Shown here: piece after piece, positions 52,850 through 64,000 of the stretch
Numbering within the stretch: the stretch's first letter is position 1
How the letters are laid out: every line of letters begins with the position of its first letter
NCBI RefSeq assembly: GCF_006345805.1
Contig: NC_042997.1
Location: forward strand, 101,060,001-101,124,000
DNA length: 64,000 nucleotides
Source of the DNA: Octopus sinensis
Lineage: Eukaryota
Reading direction: 5' to 3'
Program-made: the position numbers and the translations under genes
The notes under the pieces: generated by a model
Databases searched by the model: none
The model's input: only the letters and a program-made list of their open reading frames with translations
What the model was told of the DNA's origin: nothing

Positions 52850-53920
52850 CTTGAGTGGCTTTGTGAATCTACTCGAAAATGATTATGTCGGATATTAACG
52901 CTAACATCTTTCAACAAGTATAGATATAGGTCAATTTCTCAATTCTCTTTGATTGACTTGATTCTTGGGTGCTATGTCGGAGTGAAGTCAGTGCATGTGA
53001 CCTGTTATAGAGAAGATTTTTTGCGGACCTACCAGTGGTATTTGCTGCATATTGTACCGACCAACTATGCGCTCATCTCTTTTAGGCCAGTCTTTTACAG
53101 TGTCGCAGTGATTGCTGTTCCAAACACACAAGAAGCACTTGTTTTTGGTATATCTCTGCTGCAGTCCTAGGAGGAGGGAAATCATCTTTAAATCACCACA
53201 AATATTCCACTTATGAACTGGGTAATTAACTCCTTTCAGAAAGAGTTCCATTGATTCATAAGTTTCTTCCATACCGACAACATGACCCATAGGAATAGAA
53301 GGTTTTTTCATTACCATTATGTAACAACACAGCCTTGAGACTAACCTTATTCGAGTCTATGAATAATCCCCATTCGTTAGCCACATGCTCGTGTCCTAGT
53401 TTTTGCATGAGTGCATTAACGCTAGTACAGAAACAAGCATTATTTTCTTGCTTGGAAAAGGCAGATAAGCCTTCATGGTGAGAACAGAAAACGAAAATTT
53501 TCGTACCTTGCTGTAAGGGATTCCGTTGCTGTTGTCTGGATCCCAAACCTTCAGCCTTCTCCTTTGAAAATGTCAAGTCTCTTACTAAGTCGTTCAAATC
53601 TTGATTAAACAAGTGTGGCTCATTTTTCTTAGTATCAGAGGATTCATCGTGCGACATGTCAAGGTCTTCAAGTGAATCATGTGAGAGAGGAACTGGGACA
53701 GGGTTCTCGAAGTCATGTGGGACCGGCTTTAGAGCCGACTTACAATCTGCATACTTAATTTTTGCTTTGGTTTTCTTTGAGAAATCATTGATTTTAGTCA
53801 TGTAAAAGTAGCAATCACAAACATATCTAGCCGAAAGTATAGTTTTAATCTTGCGCATGTGCATAACTCAAAATCCTGACGCGCTAGAAGAAATCTGAGT
53901 GTAGATTCAGAATCAACATC
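52850..53920 (-). mobile_element. Internally deleted DNA transposon, tentatively Chapaev3-like (CMC superfamily)
   Basis: DCYF, ALKPVPH, DLNDLVRDL, EWGLFIDSNKVSLKAVLLHNGN, WNICGDLKMISLLLGLQ..YTKNKCFLCVW; imperfect inverted ends (GTGAATCTACTC near 52860 versus GAGTGTAGATTCAG near 53900); family name from memory. Confidence 0.7.
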
Positions 53921-55644
53921 CTCGATTTAGTCTAAAATATATGCTTGTACTCCAGTAGTAAAATCTTTGTTGTCCACTATAATCGAAGCATTTGTAGCAA
54001 ACCAGACACACTTGCTTCCTTATTGGCGTTCTACGGCATCTGTCACAAGATATGAATAACATAAAGTTGTCGTTCATAATAATATTTATGATCCAATTTA
54101 TCATTAAAAATTTCCAATAAATCAGCTTGTTGTATTCTGCTTCGTCTCAGTTTAGAGAATGTCTTAAGTTCTAATTTACAGTAAGAAGAATTAACTCTTG
54201 AATTGTTCAGCATTATGACAATGAAATTAATTGATTGTATTTATTTAGATATTATAAATGTTTTGAAAAAAAAACCCGGAAGAATTAGAAGAACTGAGAC
54301 TTATCAAACTACTTAATACAGCTACAAAAATTATAAATATAAATATGATATTCTTATTCCTTGTTTGCATCAAGGATTCAGCAATAAAGTCTTTTGATGG
54401 TAACAGGAATGACAACTAATTAACCCGGAAAGCAAAGCATAAAATGAAAATAATAATGGAAGGAAGAAATTATGGAATGTCGTACTGAATAATATGATAT
54501 TTAGTGGTGCTGAGTTCTGAGTTCAAATCTTGTCATGGTAGATTTTGCAATTCATCTTTCTGGAGTCGACAAAACAAGTACTCGTCTTATACCAGTGTCA
54601 ACATTTCCCTCCAAAATTGTGACTGTGTGACAATGCCACATATCAGTCATTTCGCAGCGTTATGAAGCAGGTCAAAGAACTCTTTTGTGCAAGAATGAAA
54701 TTCATTGCCAACTTTGCCTTACAGAAAGATGTATATGTTCTAGCAGTCAAATATCTCAAGATGTAAAATAGAAACATCCTTCTAACCGAGTCAAAATATT
54801 ACACAAACCATATGTCTGATAAATAAAAATTTGTTCGCATTCCAGAAAATTGTTTATCCACGATTGTTCCATATAATTCCTCAACACTGATTCCTTCATA
54901 CAGTGTAAATAATTGACGGAATTGTAAGCTTTGAGCGAATTACAAAGTTAGTCAGCAAACGCTGACTTTCGACAGTTAGTGATATTTATAGTATGATATT
55001 CTGGAACAATCCTGGCTATTGGAAAAACTATTTAACAATTTATCTTTCCTATGGGCCACAATTTTCAGTATTTGTTGGTATTGATTTTCATTATAAAGCA
55101 TATTTTGGTTCGTGAAAATATAAAAAGACACTCATGTCAATAATAATTTTGATCTTCTGGTCTTTTGTACTTTATCAAACTATATTTTGCTCAAAATTTA
55201 TTTACACTATGGAAATATATAAACAATCTATAAATACCTCTTCGTGTCTGCTGTGTAAAATGGCAACATTAAAAAATATTCTACTAAACATCACTGTCTG
55301 CTTGAAAACGTTACTGATTTATATGATTACTTGACTATATTTATATGTTTGTCATACAATCAGAATTTGAAATGAATTTGCATCAAATTTATATTAGATC
55401 AAATTCTGCTGGTGGTAGATAATGCACATACTAACCGTGCTGTACGTGCATCTGGAATTATGGAGGGGTCAGAAGAGAGTCTACGGATGAAACAAGATGA
55501 CATTATCAAAATATAGGTGGTGCTAATTTTTGTTAAGGTTTCTTAAATACTAGCTGGCCCCGTGCCGTCAAAAATGACAGCTAATTGTAGTATTTTATAC
55601 ATAAAAAGGGTACAATAAGGTGGAAAAAAATCAAACAGTGCTTC

Positions 55645-55706
<62 letters not shown>

Positions 55707-55915
55707 TTGTGTGTGCATGCGTGCATATGTATGCATTTATATGTATGAGTTGCACAGTATGTAGCGAACGCGGTTTTCTATACTTTGTCACAGCCCGCTT
55801 CCTTCCTATTTAAGTGTGTCTGTTTACATATGTATGTGTAAATGCCCTGGTATCTATAATTCTATTTTCAATGTATCTTTCTAAATAAACATACACTCGC
55901 TCAAATATATAAATA

Positions 55916-55946
<31 letters not shown>

Positions 55947-56310
55947 AGCCAACATTCACATTCCTCCCATTTACACGCGCACTCTTATACTCACACAGAA
56001 TTGAAGCGCTGTTTGATTTTTGTTTCACCATTGACTTTTCACCATCCCACTTCCATCGGTGAATCACCCCTTCCTTTCTCATTCATATGTTGTGACGGAG
56101 AAATACACTGGTGTATTATTACAGTAAGATTATTATAGCAGAAGATACACGACGCTCTCTTTGTCACTTCCTCTCTCTCTCTCATTGCTATTACTTTCTC
56201 TCATTCCCTCAGTCATGACTATTACTCTTATTACTTCTCCTTCCCTGAATTACTATTTTCTCTCCTCTCCCTTCACCATTCATTCCTACTCCGTAATTTT
56301 GGACACACTC

Positions 56311-56324
56311 ACACACACACACAC

Positions 56325-56417
<93 letters not shown>

Positions 56418-56439
56418 TGTGTGTGTGTGTGTGTGTGTG
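56311..56439. repeat. Quasi-palindromic (CA)n(TA)n(TG)n microsatellite
   Basis: Direct reading; CC interruption in the left arm and GG interruption in the right arm. Confidence 0.95.
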
Positions 56440-56710
56440 GAGGCGCAATGGCCCAGTGGTTAGGGCAGCAGAATCGCGGTTTCAATTCCCTGGCCGGGCG
56501 TTGTGTGTGTTTATTGAGCGAAAACACCTAAAAAGCAGCAGGGGGTGGTGATCCCTGCTGTACTCTTTCACCACTCTTTCTCTCACTCTTTCTTCTGTTG
56601 GCCTGCTCGCTTAGCCAGCGGGGTGGCGTCATTCGAAGGCTAAAACAATGCGAGTGCATTGTGAACAGCGATGTGTAGCAACATCTGATGGTCTGGTCAG
56701 TCACGTGATA
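56438..56710 (+). mobile_element. tRNA-derived SINE, third family
   Basis: GGAGGCGCAATGGCCCAGTGGTTAGGGCAG A box and GGTTTCAATTCCC B box, followed by non-tRNA sequence. Confidence 0.8.
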
Positions 56711-56964
56711 TATATATCTACAAATACATAAAAACACTACGCTCATTATTATATTAGGAGATTACTGTTGAGCGTTTCCTAATTTTACAGAACAGTTTGG
56801 GAAGTCTATCAACATGACTATTTACATACATTTGGTTTCAATAGTTAGCCATTATTGTCAAATACATAACACTCGCTTTGGTTAACTATGTAACTTGGTA
56901 AACGCGTGAATTAATCCTATTGTTGTACACTTACATATAAAATAGGTGAAACATCAACATTTTA

Positions 56965-57549
56965 ATACATTCTATTATATGCACAAGGCCTGTAATGTTG
57001 GGGAATAGGGAGAGTTGATTACAGCGACATCAGTTCTCAACTGGTACTTATTTTATTGACCCCCTAAAGGATAAAAGGCAAAGTGTTAAGACGGACGAAA
57101 ATGATATTTTGATATTAACTATACAGTAAGGCAGCGACCTGGCAGAATCGTTAGCACGACGGACAAAATGTTTAGCAGCATTTCGTTCGTCTTTACGTTC
57201 TTAGTTCAAATTTCGCCGGGGTCAACTTTGCCTTTCATACTTTCTGGGTCGATAAAATAAGTACTAGTTGAGAACTAGGGTGGATATAATCGACTTAAAC
57301 ATCCCTCAAAATTGATGGAATTTGAAACCAATAATCTTTTCTACTCTAAGCACAAGGCCCGAAATTTTGGAGGAGGGGATCAGTCGATTTTAATCTACCC
57401 CAGTAAGCAACTGGTGCTTAATTTATCGACCCTGAAAGGATGAAAGACAGAGTTGACCTTGGCGGAATTTGAACTCAGAACATAAAGACAGACGAAATAC
57501 TGCATAGCATTTCGCTTGGCGTGCTAACGTTTCTGCCAGTTTGCCACCT
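56965..57549. mobile_element. Three adjacent SINEs in -,+,- orientation
   Basis: Copies at about 56965-57110 (-), 57128-57320 (+) and 57338-57549 (-). Confidence 0.85.
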
Positions 57550-57959
57550 CAAATTTGAAACTATATTTTTATGCGTTTTGAGTTTAAATCATGATTTCAA
57601 TCTTCATCCTTCCAGGATGATACGACGATACAATGGAGTCCTACAAAGTTCGAGGCACCCTACAAACACAAGATATCAGTATTGATTTAATAGGAGAATT
57701 CGAGTTGTGAATAGGCTACAGGGCAGGACCACAGGCCATCTAGTATTTAGTTTCATCCATCAACGTTCTAGGTTCAAATCATACTAGTGTTTTCTTTCAC
57801 TTTCAGTCGTCATCGGTCGCTAAAATATATTCAAAGGATGTACTAGTACTCTATTCAGAACTGTATCAGTTAATATTCATCCCAACTCGTGTACATGGTT
57901 ATTACTCTTGACACCAAAAATATCCTTAACTTTTTTCATATTTTTGAGTGTTTGTGCTT

Positions 57960-58019
<60 letters not shown>

Positions 58020-58991
58020 TGTGAGTGTATGTGCACGCGCATATCTCTATATATCACATAGGAACAAATCCCGCAAGGTATTTTGCATTTTCTTCGACAC
58101 TCTAACGACTCTACCAATCCACTCTATTGTCAATATGCAACAATGCTAGAGATAATCGTTAGCTTTTGATGAATCAGTGGAGAAATGTGTTACGAAAAGC
58201 TAATGATTTATGATAACCGATCTTTAAAATACAGAAAAAAGAATATGATAGACTTTAACGAACCGTAAGTACTAGACAGTCGATAAACTGTGGTTTAGAG
58301 ACAGTCCCAGTAGTAAGCACTGTAATGGAAAAATCCCAGAAGAAACCTGTCCGATGAAGCAAATAAACGGGCAACATAACTGGGAAATTCCCATGCGAGA
58401 CAAATCAAAAGATTTCTGGTATGCGACATAGGAAAACCAATCTCCAATGAATTTGACTATTCGAAAACTGCACTGAAAGCTACTGAACAGGGAAAGAGAG
58501 ACTGGAAAAGGTACAGAGGAAAATCATAAATATTTAATGCTAGCATTTTCAATATGTTGCAAATGGCTGTAGTAATTGTAAGGAGAAAAGAGATTACTTT
58601 TCTTTAGAAATGTGATATAATGTAGCATGTTACGTAGAATTGAATTTATAATGGAAGATTGAAGAGTTTGATGAATTTATAATGAAAGATTGAAGAGTTT
58701 GATGGGGATAAAAGTTCACTCTGAAGTGAACTTTTGAGGGTGTAATAGAAGGAGACTCGTCAGAACCGGTCGTCTTGTTGGATTGGAGGGATCGGTTATT
58801 TTTCACACTTAGCAACTTGAGAATATGTTTGACGCTAAACACTATTTTAATGATGACCTTTCTGAAAGCATTGTGGTGGTGATTAAATGCCTTCCAGTTG
58901 GTAGTGGGGATTAAACTATAAACAATATTTTTGTCTGTACAACCGAACCACTTAAAAGCTGAGGGTATCAGTGATGTGTGTGTATGTGTTT

Positions 58992-59067
<76 letters not shown>

Positions 59068-60739
59068 TGTGAGTGTAGAAAGTGGAGAGACATACTTTGA
59101 AACAAAAGTTGACTCAAGGGTAGCCAACGAAGGACTAAAAGAATTGACAAGTAAGCTGACTTGAAGTATCAATAGTTCGCTCTGCAGATGGTTGTATAAA
59201 AGAGATATGTGAGATGAGTTGCTTGATTGAGTAACCAGTCGTCATACAAGACGATGAAAGAAAAGGTATCTTACGTAACTTCACACGGATACCTCACCCA
59301 CCCGTACACCTTCACACAAAGATAAAGTTTGCAAGGTGACAGAAAAGTTTAAGGGTGTTTTGAGAATCGGAATATGAACTGGGGATGCGATCTGGGAAGA
59401 ATAGTAATTGCGTCAGTTCAAAACAGGGTTATAACGTATATAATTGATGTCAAAACATATATCATTAGATATCCTTCTGTTCTTTCTAGATATCACTGAT
59501 CACTTCATCCTCACAAAAAAATTCATTAACTTCGAACAATCTCTGATGAAGATATGACAAACTAGTAACCTTCAACAGTGCCTAAAACACAATTGATACA
59601 CATGGCAGGGAAACATTTTTGTGCATCACCCTCCCTACTCATGATCAATATGACTCAAAGTTGCCTTCGTAATGATGTGAAGATGTCACATGTAGGATAA
59701 ATTCTGATTAGCGGTTGAAGATACTTCTGTTCTCTCTAGTCACAAAAACTGCTCAATATAGCACGGGTTTCATAATATCTCACCTTTCCTTTATAAATCT
59801 GAGACCTTTCCAAATCAACATTTTTACAGCTTAATCAAGATGGGCAGTGCACATGACTCTTTATTTTTTGTGGCAGGATCTTCGAGAGCTATAGGAAAAA
59901 GACCTTTCAAAAGATGCTTGTAACAGAGGGAACTCCGCTAAATTACCAAAGAACCGGCTGATAATATTAAACTAGGTAACAGATTTACGCTGTTGCTCAA
60001 GATCTTAGAAGGCAAAAAACTAGGACAAAAAACCACCAGGCATTCCAACTCACTGGATTGGGCTGCTACTTTATTTTACCAACCCTGAAAGGATGAAAGG
60101 AAAACCTGGCTTCGGCGGAATTTGAACTGTGAACGCAGAGAGACGGAGCAAATTCCGCCAAATATTATTGTTATCTTACACTTTAACCACTACCACTCTG
60201 CTAATTCACTGCTTCAACAGCAATAGTTACAGCTTCCGTTACTGTTTGACGATTCAGTAAGGAAAATGTTTTATGGTGAACTAACCAACAACAATGGATG
60301 CTAACACATTAAGCATTATCGAGCGATAAATTAACTTTCAATAGTAAATAGTTTCTAGAGAAATGATTCAACGACCATCAAGAAACGTTAGCATTTTAAA
60401 CTCTGTTATCATTGCAAGCCATGAATTAACCTCATGATATTTTTACCGAGAAATATTTTAACGTCACGAAATTTCAAAAAGCATTCTACTTATTTTCAGT
60501 CAAAAGTTCATTCTCAGAAAAAGTTTTGTCTGATTAGGTTATTGTATTTCAGGAGGTATGTCTTTTAACAGTTTTCGCCTTCTCAATTCAATTTACAAAA
60601 CAAATTGTCCATACATTGTGATTCAGTCTTCGGGATTAATCCACTGTGATTATTTCATAATAATCACAAGTTTTATGTAATAAATGTCATCGCTTACACG
60701 ATAAAAGTTTCCTCAAGTACATCATGGTCAAACAATTTC

Positions 60740-61050
60740 CTGAGTTCACTTAAATCTCAACAATTATCGATAGTCTACAAAGCTCCGGTAGGCCTACATA
60801 CAGTAGTGCTTTCACATCTGGGATGTCGCTTCTGTACACAAAAACAACTGAGACGGCACTCAGTAAAAGGCTGCTCAACTTATCGGCATAATGTTACTCA
60901 CAGACGAATCCCAGCCTCTTCTACAACTATAATGGCTTCCGCTTCTAGGGGTTGATTTGGCTTATGCTACCACCAATAAGACACTCCCGTTCTACTCATC
61001 TCCTCTCATTACTTGTTGAGTTGAATTCACCTTTCAAAATAGAAAAAAAG
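60740..61050 (+). mobile_element. CR1/L2-type LINE 3' remnant
   Basis: QLSIVYKA followed by a frameshifted CFHIWD, resembling the YKAQVRP.LEYCSHIWD motif. Confidence 0.55.
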
Positions 61051-62299
61051 AAAATAATCAGAGTTCGGAGAAATGTGTCGTTACCAGTAAGGCAATGCTA
61101 GTGTGTGGCGGCACATCCCTCCTAACTTGTATTGATCAGTTTCATCAGCGACATCGTCCCAAAATGTTAATCTATCAATGAAATGATAATTTATTTATTT
61201 ATTAATGACTATAAATTAGTAAAACAATCGTGCAAAACATGACTAAGTTTACTTTGCTAACGGAATATGTACTAACATATCATTAATGCCATGGTTTTGT
61301 ATCATAATATTTTATTTAATCGTGGAGGAAATATATTACTGTTGTATAATAGACGTATTACATAATTGTCAACAAGAGCCTTTGTGCCTGATATTGGCCT
61401 GTAGTCAGACTGTAGTTTGGTTGTAATTTGGACAGTATCAGACGTAAAGCTTGACATTTTTAAGATTCCAGACTTGTTTCTCTTATTGCGTAATAAATCC
61501 CCTCCACTGAATAGACATTCGAGATACGAGGATAGAAGTTGTAACTTTTGCTTATAAAGGATATTTGCATGCAACTTCATGAGAAACTCACATGAAAATG
61601 GTCATGACACGATGCAATACTTTGACAGATTCATCATTACGAAGCATTGATAGCTATCACTGAAACAATTAGATGACATCGATGAGACTTCACATACCAC
61701 AATGGAGAAGAAAATTTTAGCTAAATTGGTGAATTGCTTGTTGAAGGATATCTCAAGCTGAGACAATTGATGTATTTGATAAATCTCAACAGTGTGATAA
61801 CTAAAAGTCGAGGAGAGCGTTACGGTGAACCATTGGGTGAAGCAAGGAGGTTAATTCTGTGATTCTTAAAATTTTCACGTTTGCACTAAAAAAGTGTATT
61901 TTTCAATACTTTGCTGTTTTTCATTGTGGATACTGAATTTACCAAAAATATCTATTGCTAACAAGTGAGTTAGATGGATCTGTATCAATTATTGATTCAT
62001 CGCAGATAATATCAAGGACAGTGTTGTATAGCTACATAAAGTGGTGCAAACAGTTTCTTATGGCTATCTAGCGGACGGCGTAATGCAACAACAACCGACA
62101 ATAATTTTCACTACTCTTTTCGCAAAATTGTAATATGGAAAAGGCGCTCGTTCTGTGAATTTCCTTTAATGGCATTGTTACATACAACGACTGCTGACAT
62201 TAATTTAGTTTTACAGCATTCCTCGACCATTGCGTTATTCAACAAGAAAATCAAATTTTATTGTTGAATAACGCAAGGCATACCAACCATTGATGAACT

Positions 62300-63050
62300 C
62301 ATCTTTCATCAACTTTGAACCCACCTTATGTCATCATAGAAGATGCATAGTTCCTACAGAGCCTGAAACTACGGAACTAAAATTGATCTCCATATCTTTG
62401 AAGTATTCCTGAGTCATTTTCATAGGAAGAACCATCAGTAATAGCATGATTTTAGTCGCTGTTAGACTTCTCTAAGATAACATCTTGTCCATCAGTTTAC
62501 CATCGTTCTCAACTCGGCTGTATGCCAGAAATAGGCTACTATTACACACAACCGATTCACCATGTTGACGATTGAAATATCAGCTTCAAAATTTATTAAC
62601 TACTTATATTTTCCTCCATACCATATACTATTTCGTCTATGCTGCAACCACCTGTAACATTGCTCAATGGAAGACTACTTCCCGATGCGCTACCTTGCTG
62701 CGGAATACTTCTCATAAAAGATGAACACCAGTTTTTACAAAACCTCACCAATAGAAAGGAGCCTTCCAGCTTTAGTTATCAATGGTGATGATTTGAAGCT
62801 TCCAGTCAAAATTCGATGACGTTGGTGTAGGCTTGGCCAAGACAGCAGTAATTCTTCTTCGACTGTTGCATTTCTGCAGTAAATTCAGGAATTGTTCACA
62901 TGGTTTGTTGGATAATTCATCAAATTTGTTTGTGTAACGTGCGTTCAGGCGGCAATGTTTTGTAGACTCATTGCTATGCCCAGAATTGCATATCAAACAT
63001 TATAGAATGTGGCAGTCATGAGAAGCTGTAAAATTCCCAGGTTTCAGACA
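62300..63050 (-). mobile_element. Ancient mariner-like remnant (tentative)
   Basis: IPEFTAEMQQSKKNYC and IITIDN resemble decayed WVPHELT and IITGDETW motifs. Confidence 0.35.
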
Positions 63051-63207
63051 ATCAGAGTTAAAAGAGTTAAACTGATAGACATTTTTTTATTCTGGAGGAA
63101 GCCACTGCAAATTAATGGATTTCGAGTACGGTTGTTGCTAGGCAGAAAAGCAATCAACAAAATAAAACAAAATTTAAATAAAATACACTTCACTAATACA
63201 CGTAATC

Positions 63208-63507
<300 letters not shown>

Positions 63508-64000
63508 ATCTATGTAATTAACTGAACCATTCTTGCCACAACATCCAATCAAAATAGTTTGAATATTGTTACGCTGAATTAAGTTCATATATGTGAGTGC
63601 ATGTATTACAAATTAACTTGTTTTTTTTTTGTCTCTCTACTTTTGTCCACGCCTTATTCCTTTCAAATTGTCAGAAACATGATCAAATGAATTCTTTTGT
63701 GTATATCCATATGGTGCACGAGCGGTTTAATGTACTCACAATTTGATATACAACTTAAAACACAGGGCAGCTGGTGAATAATTCTATGTCTGCATGCGTT
63801 CGAGTTGACATCATTTAGGTCAAGTCATCTATTTATCGCTATAACTGCTCAATCGACTGCTGGCTGCGAGTAAAAGTTGATTCATTGCGCATGTGCGCAA
63901 TCATTGTACCCATTATGAATATATACATATATACATGTGTGTGTGTGTGTATGCTGTAGGTATGGAAGATAATAGGATCTCAAAGCAGCTGTGCTATGGT

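Noticed and set aside
56438-56490. tRNA gene (also considered for the other SINE heads)
   Set aside because: A and B boxes are present but there is no complete cloverleaf, and the sequence continues into SINE bodies
58630-59172. 180-aa minus-strand ORF
   Set aside because: Largely (CA)n-derived plus decayed repeat-like sequence; no recognisable domain

Overview
AT-rich eukaryotic non-coding DNA, most likely from an octopus (inference: the three SINE families match octopus SINEs as I recall them; no database search was possible). I could not support any host protein-coding exon, RNA gene or CRISPR array, so the window looks intergenic or deep-intronic. It is a layered transposon graveyard with dense microsatellites. 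DNA transposons: a piggyBac with TTAA ends (4303-6638), a full-length mariner with perfect 30-bp TIRs (41394-42664), two mariner remnants, a hAT/Buster remnant, and tentative Academ-like and Chapaev3-like remnants. Rolling-circle elements: a 961-bp mini-Helitron with textbook termini and an open PIF1-helicase C-terminal ORF, a second Helitron remnant, and a DINE-1/HINE-like element. Retroelements: three R4/Dong-type fragments, RTE, CR1/L2 and Penelope-like remnants, and about 30 tRNA-derived SINE copies. The best candidate for something undescribed is a non-coding ~557-bp element present four times; its three long copies end in (AAT)n tracts, the target type of R4/Dong elements. Smaller oddities include a 46-bp templated insertion, a 25-bp retroposed fragment with an 18-bp TSD, SINE arrays, an inverted SINE pair and isolated hairpins. 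Boundaries of decayed elements are approximate.
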